NCBI RefSeq assembly: GCF_006345805.1
Contig: NC_043008.1
Coordinates: 61,132,001-61,196,000 of the forward strand
Source of the DNA: Octopus sinensis
Lineage: Eukaryota
Reading direction: 5' to 3'
Length of the DNA: 64,000 nucleotides
Position numbers and translations under genes: made by a program. Shown one piece after another: positions 36,488 to 49,933 of the stretch; positions within the stretch are counted from its first letter, which is position 1; the number at the start of each line of letters is the position of its first letter. The notes beneath the pieces are model-generated. The model searched no databases and was not told the origin of the DNA. It saw only the letters and a program-made list of their open reading frames with translations.

Positions 36488-36797
36488 TCCAAAGAGCAGA
36501 CGAACACCATATCATAATTCTATCTCGAGACATGTAAATGCACATACCAAATCTCTCGTATACAAAAGCACTCACAAATACACACACACACTCACACACA
36601 TATAGATACACAATCACACACGTGCGCGCGCATATATATATATATATATATATGCGCGCGCACGTGTGTGAGTGTGTATCTATATATGTGTGTGTGTGTG
36701 TATTTGTGAATGCTTTTGTATACGAGAGATTTGGTATGTGCATTTACATGTCTCGAGATAGAATTATGATATGGTGTTTGTCTGTTCTTTGGTGAAT
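36484..36797. repeat. ~314-bp fold-back palindrome centred on a (TA)n tract
   Basis: Arms are near-identical in reverse complement; the ORF track gives MHIPNLSYTKA on both strands. Confidence 0.95.
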
Positions 36798-37166
36798 GAT
36801 CCGCGTGCGATAAATATTATAATAACTGTACGATGAACACATTGAATTAGCGTAGCAAGTGCAAGAAAATCCCAGGGAAATATTTTAATTTTGTTTCAAA
36901 GTTCAAGTACAATTGATGTGACACTTGAGATAACAGGACTGCAAATTAAAAACGTTATCCGAGTTGCTACGACAATGTGCTCCAAGACCTGTTATTCTTC
37001 GCTTGATTTTCTTGAACAAGAGCATCTGATAAAAATGGTACCGCCAAATAGTGTCGCTGTATATTTATATCTATAACACTAGGCTCACAAAGAGTATACC
37101 TTAAGCGCATATTTATCTATCTATCTATCTATCTATTTGTCTATGTAACTATCTATCAATCAATCA

Positions 37167-37199
<33 letters not shown>

Positions 37200-37247
37200 C
37201 CTATCTATCTATCTATCTATCTATCTGTATCTATGCATGTACGTATA

Positions 37248-37313
<66 letters not shown>

Positions 37314-37644
37314 TATAAATATGTATAGAGATAAATATACATATTAATATCTATATATGCATGTATATATATATATGTTGGTATATATATATATATATAC
37401 ATACTGGCCAGCTACTATCCAGTTGTTCACCATACACACACACACACATACACGCACACGCACACACACACACACGTGTCATCATTGCAAACATACACAC
37501 ACGCGCGCACACGCAGACCTCCGCGCACGCACACATACACACACATTCCCCCTCTCACTTTCTTTACCATAATCTTTGAAAACTCTCCTGTCTTTAAAAA
37601 ACATTATTCTTCCACCTTTCTACTTCCGGTCTTTCAATATGTGA

Positions 37645-37836
37645 CCTCGTGAGTACCACTGTCGATTTTTTCCCTCTGTCTTCCCTTCTCGGGATCTTTC
37701 CTTCTCCTATGTTTCCGACGAAGAGCTCCGCTCGAAACGTTAAGTCCTCCTTCTTTCCTGAGCGTCCAATAATACTTTATTTGTTCCACGTCCTCGCGTT
37801 GTTGTGTTTTTTTTGTGTTTTCTTGTTTGGATTAAC

Positions 37837-37840
<4 letters not shown>
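37645..37840 (+). mobile_element. Type D2 element with hammerhead-like motif
   Basis: ATGTTT-CCGACGA-A-GAGC-TCC-GCTC-GAAACGT-T; paralog of 29630-29830. Confidence 0.72.
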
Positions 37841-37871
<31 letters not shown>

Positions 37872-39634
37872 TTGAGTGTGTGTGCGTATGTATATGCATA
37901 CTAATACACATAGTGGGTATGAGAGCAAGGAACAGAGATGATCAATCAATTACATTAACATCCTAAATACTTCTGTTTGCCTCATAATACCATTCACTCT
38001 AGATTTCAACATATTAATCAACAACTTCTCTTTAAAATTCGTTGCCACAAGCTATTTCAGGTCCTCAGTCAATGCCATTCAATTAACCATCATTTAGAGC
38101 CACTCCTAATCATTAAATAACCGACTTAATGCCTAGTATTTTGGATAGAATTATGCACATGAAGACAATACAAGCACTCCTTCCATAATATGTCTATCAT
38201 TATTTTCCTCTTAATCTTGATCCCCTGATACGACATAGCTATAGATTCAATAGAATCTATTAAACAAAATGTTTAAACAATAACAATATAAAATACAATG
38301 AAACAGAATGAAATTGAGAAATATTTACACATCGCTCACACATCGCTTCTAATGGCAATCGCTAAATCACAACTGAGCATACGGCAATCCATTATATAAT
38401 TCATGGATTATACGATTATTTGGAAAATATCCCAACTGTGCAAACAAGTTTAAGTATTATTCTAAAGAATTCGCCCATCACAGAATTTCTTCCTGTAATT
38501 ACAATTTTATTTTCGTTTAATGTTATCCTCGCCTAGCCAAACGAGCTTTTAATACAGTGCGTAAACCATTGTTAAGTAGATATTGACCCTTAAGTAGCCG
38601 GCGGATTTCAAGGAGACTACAGGTATTTTAAATCATATTAGATTATAAGAAATGTGCGGTTGTCATAACAAGCGGTAATGTCCAAAGTTTCGCATAAAGA
38701 CAGAATAAGTTACGAATGTTAAGTAAGTAGAGAAAATTTTGGAAATAATGGGACAGTAAACAAGATTAAAATAGACGAAAGAAATAATAAAAATACTTAA
38801 AAATATTAAATGAAGTAAGTAATATTTTAAAACAAATAAAATACCAAAATTTAGATTTTGACCAAAACGTTGTTTGTTCAATCCCACTTGTAGATTGCTT
38901 ACTTAAACTTTTTAGGCGCAAGTGTGGTTGAATGGTTAAGAGAGAAGCCGGCTTGTCATCCATGTGTTCTTGGCTCTTGTTTCACTGGTTGGCACCAAAC
39001 TCAGTAAACTTGAAAGCAGTACGCCTAATCTCGTTTTCACAGTAGCAGGCCAACAACCTCAGCGACTACACCTAAAAGTAAAACAAACGAAAAAGAGAAA
39101 GAAAATACTACAGCAAGAGATAAATCATCTGCAACGACACCAATAATTGAATATTCTCAAGATAAGAGACATAACAGGACCAACAATGGAAGAATCTTAA
39201 ACTAAAACAAACAACCACATCAACCGCAAGTGACAGAACAATTAGAACATGTCACGGACGAGTTTCTCAATTAAACTGTCCAGCGGAATGAGAACGTGCA
39301 ATTGTTGAAAATTGTAGAATATAATAAAGATAAAATGTTGAAAACAGGTGAAGGTCTTCATGCTGTCACATTTCCCCAAACCTGGGACGGGAAGGGTTTG
39401 ATAAGAACAACTGCTACCATTCTTTGTACTTTGAGTAAATGTTTCCTACATGATGTGGAAGATTTCAAAACTTATTAGACAAAAGAATATTGGAAGGCCA
39501 GTTGAAAAGACCCGTAAAAAGACTAACCTGAGACTAGGGTAAGTGAGTTATACCTCTTTTGATTCTTTCCGTTATATAGAATAGCAATTCTAAGAATAGG
39601 TAGATTGAAGGTTCGTTGCCGGAGGCTTTCGTGG

Positions 39635-40200
39635 AAACGGGCTCACTTGATCAACGACCTCAAGACGATACGTCTGGATATAGTAGCGAACTGGGTGACT
39701 AGGATTTTCTAAGCGCAATCGCTTGCTTTATTTCTGGACGACTACGAGGTTTGTGGCTCCCCCGATTTGATTGGATGAAATGTGGTTGTGCTGTTTCAAA
39801 AAGGCCTTGACCTGACGGTTTGTACGGGTTTCCTAGACACGGCCGGTAGGATGGTGGTTTGGATGTAATAGGAAGGGCTGAGACGGTGGAGCCTTCAAAC
39901 TAGTGGTAGTCTATGCCCAAGCGGTCACGGACGGCCGGATTTCTTTGGACGTCTTGATTGTTTCCCAAGTATATCATGCTCGTTAGTGTTAGTAGGCGAC
40001 TGAAAGGACATCTTGGACACAAGCAATGATCATATGGGATTAGATGGTGGGTGTTTGTGCAAAATCTCTCAAATATTCCTAGACATTTCCAAATGTATGA
40101 TAGATTTTGCTTCGATTTCCCAATTACACTTATATGGACTTAGTCAAATCCGGTTTTATAAGATAGACACAATATAAGTTACCCACAGTTCCAGATCCTT
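39635..40200 (+). mobile_element. Decayed L1/Tx1-clade LINE apurinic endonuclease domain
   Basis: Frameshifted translation KRAHLINDLKTIRLDIVA..FLDDYEV..VVVLFQKGLDL..FLDTAGRMVV..F.LVVVYA..GRPDFFGRLDCF..SLVLVGD*..ILD follows the APE motif order. Confidence 0.55.
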
Positions 40201-41195
40201 GGCTACTGCGATCATGATTTCGGGACCTTTACGATCAATTGGACAATTAGAGAAATTATTAATTATTGGAAGAGGCACGCGGCATTTCGTACGTCAATGC
40301 GTTCTGCTATCAGATTCTACCAAGACTGACATCGCCTTTCACTTTCCCGCAGTCGAATAAATAAATACCAATTGATCAATTGTTGGCCTTGTGTTGAAGT
40401 TCTTATTAAGATTTCGAGCGGTAGAATCCTTTGAACTCCATTCAGAATGCTTAGTGACATTTCGTCTTCCCCTACAAATTCAGAGTCCAAATTCTTCGGG
40501 ATCGACAATACTTCTCACGTTTTTGTTCGATAAATATATAGAAATTGAGCATTGAAGTCGATGTATTCTTATAGCAAGTCCACCGCTGATATTTTAGAAT
40601 ATAAAAGATTACCATAATGGCAGAGGGTGTGTAAAATCGTTACTGACAGGAACAAAATGCTTCGGATCATTCTTTCCGATTATTTATATCCGAGATTCAA
40701 ATAGCACCGTGGTCGAGTTTGCTTTTCAGAGATGAGCACAGGGGACGGTGTAATTAACTTATAACTTCCATTAAAATTGCTGGCTTTGTACTAAGTTTTG
40801 AAACCAGTATTATTATTTGGGATTGTGGTGGTACACTGACTGAATATTTAGTGCATCGAATAGAAAAGTATTTAGAGACGTTGCTTTATTTTTTCTGGCT
40901 CTATGTTCCTGCGATTACAAACGCCATCGAAGTTCACGATTGATTATATGAGGCCATTATCATTCATATCAGATTTGCTTTTTTAGATATATGATAACTT
41001 TATATATTGTATTGGAGGCACTAATAATTTTAATACTATTTTGATTAGTTAGTTCAAGCCTACACGTATATATATATGTTGTTCTTAGCTTAACATTGTC
41101 AAAACAATGAAAAGAGAATGAAGTAGGTTCGTTTACTTATATAAAATATTGGAGTATATGCCGAAGTTTAAGATGTCAGTGCGTTTGTTGTAGTC

Positions 41196-41231
<36 letters not shown>

Positions 41232-41278
41232 ATATTATATATATATATATTATATATATAATATATATATATATATAT

Positions 41279-41624
41279 GGTAAATAAAAAGAAAATAATG
41301 TACGAGATTTTAATTAAGTCAAATAATTATATGTAAGTTATACGTCATACACTACACATGCGCACATACCAGTAATTTATCTCATAAGAAATAAAATAAA
41401 ATACATATTTATATTTCATGTCATATGGCTGTTTTTATTACGTTACTGATTTAATGTTTACGTTCGTGTGATATTCGAAAACCTGGATGATTTTTGGCAC
41501 GCTTCAAGTAGTATTTATTACCTTTAGATAAATACTGTAAATCTTGTTGCGTATAATATATATATATATAATATATATATATCTATATATATACATATAT
41601 ATATATATATAATATATATATATA

Positions 41625-41669
<45 letters not shown>

Positions 41670-41954
41670 TATATATATATGGTAAATAAAAAGAAAATAA
41701 TGTACGAGATTTTAATTAAGTCAAATAATTATATGTAAGTTATACGTCATACACTACACATGCGCACATACCAGTAATTTATCTCATAAAGAAATAAAAT
41801 AAAATACATATTTATATTCATGTCATATGGCTGTTTTTATTACGTTACTGATTTAATGTTTACGTTCGTGTGATATTCGAAAACCTGGATGATTTTTGGC
41901 ACGCTTCAAGTAGTATTTATTTACCTTTAGATAAATACTGTAAATCTTGTTGCG
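41279..41954. repeat. Direct duplication of ~274 bp bounded by (TA)n tracts
   Basis: 41279-41551 versus 41681-41954; they differ almost only by 1-bp indels. Confidence 0.95.
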
Positions 41955-42077
<123 letters not shown>

Positions 42078-42880
42078 TAGATATACATACATGCACATAC
42101 AATGACACACACGCAATATATAAAGCAGAGTTTGTGTGTGAGTGTATGTTTGTGCGTGCATGTGTATGTTCCATAGGCATTCGAAAACTTACTTGCCGAT
42201 TTTAGCGTATGTGGAATAAAAATATTCAGTAATATTTCGTCTACGAAATACACTTTGTTTTCATTTACATATTTGCATCAAAAAAATTTAACATTATAAT
42301 CTTTCTAAGTCATATACTGTAAACGACGGTTTATGCCACCAGCACCACCGCGATGTCGCATTTTCTGTATAGGAGTGTGTATGTGTTTGTCCTTGCGTGT
42401 GTTTGCGCCTTCGTTACTTACGTTAGACCGATGACTGATAAGTATATGTATGTGAGTGTATGTGTGGGAGTATGTGTCGTGTCAGTCCACATACATTTTT
42501 GTGACAACTAACAGACAGAGACACACATAAACACACCCAATCATACTTTCTTTTCCGTGACATTCAATCCTGAATTTTATAACAGTTAGTACATTTTCCA
42601 AGTAAATGTTGACTATCTGTACTTTGTTACATTGGTGGTGCAAAGTTAGTTTTGCTAAGTTGGAGACTTTCCGACGCTGGAATTAGTCTTTTGGAAATAT
42701 TGCCTAACGAAAAAATCTATAGCATACGTATGGTACAGAAAGTATGTTTTGTACATATATTGACTACATTTCGTTTCGTTGAACTCAGTGTTTGTATGCT
42801 TTGCTATTTTCAATATTATCAATTCTAAGAGTATGTATGTGTCTGTGAGTGTGTGTGTGTGTATTTCCGTGTTCATTACA

Positions 42881-43707
42881 TCTATAGTAAACTGTAGTAA
42901 AGGACATCTTACGCCGTTTTAATGAGCCCATATCTAAGGAAGCAGCCATCCTTATGGTAGGTGATCCCCATGAAAATCGTGATATTCTCATTCGTGCTTG
43001 AGATAACAACCTTCAACGTACCTAAAAGACACAGCCCACTTATGATGCTCTTCGGTATCCTCATATACTTTTGAATGGACAGGATGAGTATCATTTCAAT
43101 ATTCCACAGATTGAACCTGCAACAAGAGAGCCAATTATAAACAACAATGTCTCGTCAAATGACATCTATTCTTACGAACTGATGTTAAGACCAGAACAAT
43201 CGTATCAATTACACAGTATCGTAATCTATTTCAGCAAAACCTGCTTGATATGTATGCTAACGTTGAACGTCAGCGTCTCCCCTACATCTGTAACAATTCA
43301 AAAGTGTTAACGGCTACACATTGTGTTCATCTGTAAGAGGACAGATGGTGATATTGAAAACATGGGGAAACTTATTATCCTTCATCATCATTCACATATA
43401 GACCTCGATATATGCACCAACGAATACAATGCAAGGGCAGATGTTAGGATATATGGAAAACTAGCGAGTTGGAAGTAGCGTAGCAACAATTTATTCATTC
43501 CGACACAATATTTACACAATATTTATTTTGAGGTACTTCAACGTTAAGAGATTTTCAGTTCGAAATTCAATTTTCATTATAATTTGCATATGATTTTATA
43601 AAATACAGATATTTTGAAATATTTTTGAGAATATAATCTTTATCTTTATTGTTTACTAATCTAAATAAGAACAGCATAACCCGGGCAACGTCGGGTCATT
43701 CAGCGAA
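42881..43707 (+). mobile_element. Internally deleted Helitron with RepHel coding remnants (~42905-43430)
   Basis: Translation RRFNEPISKEAAILMVGD..RDILIR..YDALRYP..LNGQDEYHFNIPQ..DIYSYELMLR..FQQNLLDMYANVERQRL..GKLIIL.SSFT.RPRYMHQR matches the Helitron Rep N-terminal region. 3' hairpin ACCCGGGCAACGTCGGGT at 43679-43696; possible A|TC 5' end at 42881. Confidence 0.8.
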
Positions 43708-43747
43708 TATATATTATATATATATATATATAGTTATATATATATAT

Positions 43748-43833
<86 letters not shown>

Positions 43834-44058
43834 AGATATGGTGTCATTAAGACCCAAAGGTTTCAAGGTAATGATGAATAAGTGTGCATATAGACAGACC
43901 ATAAAAGTTCGAGGTTCTGTAATTTTGCGAATAAGGGGTTCAACGTTGGTTCTATGTCAGCGTGTGTATATAAGAATTTTTTGCGTAATAAGATAAAAAA
44001 GCCAATGCTCTAATTTCTACACAGCCTTGGTTTTTTTATCTTATTACGCAAAAAATTC

Positions 44059-44103
<45 letters not shown>

Positions 44104-45201
44104 CGCAGTAGCTCGTACTCCAGCGTTGCCACAGTCAGATGACTCCTAAAACAAGTAAAATAATAAAATAGTAAAAGAATACATATATACACTTACATAC
44201 AAACACACAAACACAAATAATTTTATCAGACTCAAGCATTCATGAGGAATAAACTAACTTCAGGTTAGTTAAAATACGCTTGTAACATATTTCATCTTCT
44301 AAATGCAAATTCACTCCAGCTACTATAGATAAACAAATTGCTCGCTTATGGTAAAAGGTATCAAAGCACCATATATGTTCCGTATGTTTCGCTAACGGAC
44401 TCTCAGGCGTATTTCTGGCACTTTAGCCACCCTCACTAAGACGATAACTCAAGCAGAATCTAAAACCATATCTTCACCTTAGAACTCTGAATATCAGTAA
44501 CTAAGTTGTGCTATGGGACCGCCTAGCCAGAATAAATACTGTGGTATCAGCGCTAACAGCGATAAATTTTACTTTTCACAGTTTATTTGCATATGTACGT
44601 TCAAATATGTGACAAAACCATTTTAACTTACTTAAAGCACGCGCGCGCACACACAATCAAACACGCATATAAGTATACACGCACACACACATATATGTAA
44701 AAAGCAAATATATAAATATGCATATGTAGTGGTATATAACTCTGTGTGTGTATTTAGTATTTTTCACTTGTTTCAGTCTTTTGAGTGTGGCCATGTTGGA
44801 GCGTTGCCTCGAAGAGGACTTAAATTGCTAAAGCCTACTACTTACGCACACATGTAAAGACACACACTGATACACACCCTCACACACATATGTATATATA
44901 GATGTATATATATATATATGTATATATATATGTATGTATATATATGAATATATAAATATGTGAGTATGTTTGTGTGTTTGTGTGTATATATACATGTATG
45001 GAGTAAGTGGAGTAAGAACACATATGAATTCATAAAGTGACACTGAAGAGGTCACAAATGTGTAATGAAAGATTTCCGGAAAATGGTCATGAGTTAAAAT
45101 AGTAACATAAAAATAATAATAAACGAGTGAAGAAAAAATATATAAAGAGCGTGTGTTTATTTGGCAAAAAAAAATGACCATATCGAAAAACAACAATATA
45201 T

Positions 45202-45269
<68 letters not shown>

Positions 45270-45272
<3 letters not shown>

Positions 45273-45439
45273 GCCAGAACACATTCTTTTATTTTCTCTC
45301 CTTGTTTCTTTCTGTGATCCTGTCTGTGGAAGAGCGTAGGCTCGAAACGTTACAGACTTTTTCACTTCCGGAGCGTTATACTAATATATATGTTTGTTGT
45401 CTACACCTCCTGACTTCGTCTTTTGTTCTTTTTGTGAAT

Positions 45440-45445
<6 letters not shown>
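45270..45445 (+). mobile_element. Type D variant with hammerhead-like motif
   Basis: CCTGT-CTGTGGA-A-GAGC-GTAG-GCTC-GAAACGT-T-ACAGA; between TA and CT/TA tracts. Confidence 0.65.
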
Positions 45446-45511
<66 letters not shown>

Positions 45512-45516
<5 letters not shown>

Positions 45517-45660
45517 CGGGTTTCTTTCACTTACCTCTGCCAAATCCATACACAAGAGTTTGGGTGGCCCGAGGCTACAGTAGAACACACTAATGAAATA
45601 TACTACCCAGTGGGGTTGAGCCAGGAAGCATACGGTTGGGCATCAAACTTCTTACCACAC
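45512..45660 (-). mobile_element. SINE type B head fragment
   Basis: GACGGG..TTTC..CCAAATCCA..CACAAG..GGCCCGAGGCTACAGTAGAA..CTTACCACAC. Confidence 0.7.
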
Positions 45661-46263
45661 ACTGCTTTTTGATGAAGTGCTATAGGCTGCTACGTGCTGC
45701 GATGCAGCATACTGTAAATTCAAAATTACATGATGTACAGTATGTAATTCGGCACAGTGCATTTAATTTACGAAAGTGGAAAGGAAATGATTGAAAATAT
45801 CTAAAAGAGTAACAAAATCTAACAAATAATGCACAAAAAAAATATGACAACTCATCAGAGAAACCCGATATCTCGTTTTGCAAAGTGAAGATGACTCTCT
45901 CTCCCTCTTTCGGTATATATATATATAATCATTGCACTGTAACACTCTCCTAAATGTTTACTACTCCACATTTGTTCGGCTTTTACCTGCTTTTTACACA
46001 CATCCGAATGTACATCAATATTGCTTTTTATTTTCCGTTTCTGGAGAAAATAAATCTACCAAATATCTTTTATATCCCTTAACATTGAGAATTCGTATCC
46101 TGTCAAGGTAATGTGTGTGTATCTATACGTAAATATACATGGAAACACACACACATACACCCACGCACAGTTACATATACACACATACATACAGACATAC
46201 ATACATACACACACATATATATATATATATATATGCAGTATATAGAACATAAATTAATAACTA

Positions 46264-46320
<57 letters not shown>

Positions 46321-46339
46321 TATATATTATATATATATG

Positions 46340-46637
46340 AAGATGCGTTTCTTGGTGTTTAGAAGATACGGTTCACGATCGCAAGTTCAATATCCGGCGG
46401 CGCGTAGTGTCCTTCAGCCAGACACTTTATTTTATATTGTTCCAGTTCACTCAGCTGACAAAAACAAGTACCTGTATTTGAAAGGGCCAGCCATGTCACA
46501 CTGAACTCCCTGACAACTACGTTAAACGTACGCGTGCTCGTAGATTGTGTAGCCACTTGCACTTTGATCTCCTCAGTAAGCTGTTCAGTTGATCGTATCG
46601 GCTGGTACCCTCGTCGTCGTAATCGACGGAGTGTTCC
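46340..46637 (+). mobile_element. Divergent SINE with the type A tail but a different head/core
   Basis: Core GACACTTTATTTTATATTGTTCCAGTTCACTCAGCTG, then GTACCTGTATTTGAAAGGGCCAGCC...CCCTCGTCGTCGTAATCGACGGAGTG. Confidence 0.7.
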
Positions 46638-46750
46638 TACTTTATACACACACATACATACCTAAATATATATATATGCCTATATATCTATCTATATATC
46701 TATATCTATACATACATACATGTATACACATATATATGTATATATATATA

Positions 46751-46853
<103 letters not shown>

Positions 46854-47914
46854 GTGTGTTTGTATATATGTATGTATATACACACAGAATATACATTTTT
46901 GTATTTATCATATAGTACAGTATTTAGCAAATCACCTGTAAGTTTCCAGGTTTCCTACGGTGAAAGACAAAAGTCTCGCTTGTTATTTAGTTTAACAGAG
47001 GCCGCTTCTTTTGAATATTCTGTGTAAGTTATATTATCTGGTATCTTCTACAGTATATGATGATATACAGAATAGAATGAAAAAGAAAAGCGGGCTCGAG
47101 GAAGAGTATCAACATCATGTAAATATACGGTATATTTTGAAGAAGAAAATCAATTTTCAGAAGTATAGAATATGTAACATAATATACAGGTGAATCAACA
47201 AATACAAGTGAAATAAAGAAGACAATAGAAAAAATAGAAGATCTGAAAATGATAATGCTGCGAATAAAGAAAACCCATGAGACTTGAATAAGGATATTTT
47301 AAAGAAGGAAATCTTGTGAAAATTATATGCGATGCGTGGTGTTTTATGGAATAACAGATGCTAGTGTAAATATCTTGTATTCCCTCCGCTTTACTGTTTA
47401 TATTAGAATTGCGTATCATTGCCATCCAACGAAATTCAAATATGAGGATGTTTACACAATTATGTTATCATGTTTATAATATGTACTGCGAAATAATATG
47501 CATGGACCGAAAATCATAAAGGTAATATTATCTATTTTTTCCATCTAAACAAAGGTTAAAAACTTGATGTATAACACATTTCACATTTTAAACTTAATGT
47601 GGGCGCTCATACATACGTACATATATACATAGATAATACATAGGTACGTATATATGTACACACAGACGTAGATACATACATAACTACACACACACACGCA
47701 CATATATATATTATATATATATATATATAATATATAATATATCTAAGACTCAAGTTAAGAATAATTGTCATTACATATATTCCTTTAATAGAGGAAATTT
47801 AGCTTACCGCTGTTTCCAGTAGTCATAATAGGTACATTACTGATAGTTTACATAATTAGTGTATGATCAATTGAGATGAATTGAACGTTCGATTTCTACA
47901 TACACATATATATG

Positions 47915-47974
<60 letters not shown>

Positions 47975-48016
47975 ATATATATAATATATGGAATATCTAT
48001 ATATATATTATATATA

Positions 48017-48047
<31 letters not shown>

Positions 48048-48092
48048 TATACATACATATATATGTATGTATGTATGTATGTAGTATGTATG

Positions 48093-48145
<53 letters not shown>

Positions 48146-48165
48146 TATATGTATATATATACAGC

Positions 48166-48273
48166 TAACTGTTTCACCACATACCGAAATTTGAAGCAGG
48201 TGTTAAAAATTCCTTCTCTAGAGAAGGAATTTTTGACTCCTAGTTATAATTTCGGTATGTGGTGAAGCAGTTA
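48166..48273. repeat. 108-bp symmetric palindrome with no spacer
   Basis: Centre at 48219/48220; perfect inner 30 bp AAAAATTCCTTCTCTAGAGAAGGAATTTTT; outer 26 bp with 1 mismatch. Confidence 0.93.
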
Positions 48274-48411
48274 TCTGAAACCTAATTATAATTGCGTGGA
48301 TAATTTTAACTATAAAGGTCATTTGAACGTAGCGATCTACTTGGTAAAATTGCTAAATAATTGATTAATTAATTAATTTGATTAATAAATTTTACCCTTC
48401 TGTTTTATATA

Positions 48412-48449
<38 letters not shown>

Positions 48450-48450
<1 letters not shown>

Positions 48451-48665
48451 CCATGTTGATTCGTTAGTTACTGCACGCATTTTTTTTCTCTCCTTCTTTC
48501 TGTGTTTTTTTTCTCTCTGTGTATCTTTCTTTTGAAGAGCGTAGGCTCGAAACGTTAAAGACTTGTTTTATTTATATTTCCTGAGCGCCATACTAATAAA
48601 ATTGTTTGTTTGTTTTCCACCTGCCTTCGTCTTTTGTCTATTTTCATAAAGCTTCCCGTTAAATA
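48450..48665 (+). mobile_element. Type D1 element
   Basis: Near-identical to 3212-3425; (TA)n on both sides. Confidence 0.85.
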
Positions 48666-49599
48666 TATATATATATATGAATACCTATATTATTTATTGG
48701 TTGTCTGACAAAAGAAGTTACTTCTTTTCTAGAAGTGGGGAATTCGAACTCAGTTTTGAACTTCATTTCTGATAATCGGCAGAGTACTGAATATTTTTCT
48801 AGGGAATTGAATTTCAATCTCCGCTATATATATATTTTTTATTTTGTGCTTGATTATATAATTACTAAATAAGTGGGCTTATTTACCCATAACACTTCAT
48901 GAGTTGAAACCGATTCTCACTTTCGGCAATATGTCCCTGAAGAAAACTAACATAAAAAATGTGTGTTTGGTAATGTGTAATGAAAATCTCGGATATTATT
49001 TGTGTGCAAGTTGGCCCGTAAGTGGGGAACGCTAAAATATATGATTGATGGGTATTATTGATGGCATCACATGTAGAGTTTTGCGTAGGACATATTTTTA
49101 TTAGTACGTGCTATCTGGTTTCTTGGTACATAAATGATATCATATCTCACATAAACATTTTTATACGATAATTCATATATAATTCGCTGTCAAAAATAGC
49201 GAGTCTATAATCAATTATTTTATCCAGTGATGAAAAGATATTTTTTGACATTCAAATTCCTCATATACCTTCCACTAGAATATTTGATGAAAATTTGCTG
49301 AAGGTGCGGAGATTCACGTGAATGCGACAGTCTAATGTTGTGGGTATGAAAGACGTTTGCAGTTCGAAGCAGGCAGGAATTTAAAATGTTGAGAGCAAAC
49401 AGAAAACAGAAAATTGAAAAGTAGTGGGCCGTCCTCAAGGTCAATTTGTCGGAAATCCTAACATGAATCGATTATTTTCTTGTGCTATTTTTTTTTAATG
49501 TCTTCAATCCCTTGTACTGCACCTTTGCAAACGTACGCAATAAATACACACACCTTTGTATTCATGTACGTGTATGTTTATTTTCCAAATATAAAGATC

Positions 49600-49750
49600 A
49601 TTTTCTTCTTCTTCTTCTTCTTCTTCTTCTTCTTCTTCTTCTTCTTCTTCTTCTTCTTCTTCTTCTCAACTGCTTCTTTTTCTTCTTCTTCTTCTTCTCT
49701 TCTTTTTCTTCTTCTTCTCCTTCTTCTCCTTCTTCCCCTTCTTCTTCTAA

Positions 49751-49787
<37 letters not shown>

Positions 49788-49880
49788 ATTATTATTATTA
49801 TTATTGTTGTTGTTATTATTATTAATTTATTATTGTTATTACTATTGTTGTTATTACTATTATTATTATTACTATTGTTG

Positions 49881-49929
<49 letters not shown>

Positions 49930-49933
49930 CATT
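49600..49933. repeat. Compound (CTT)n/(ATT)n/(GTT)n microsatellite
   Basis: Directly visible. Confidence 0.97.
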
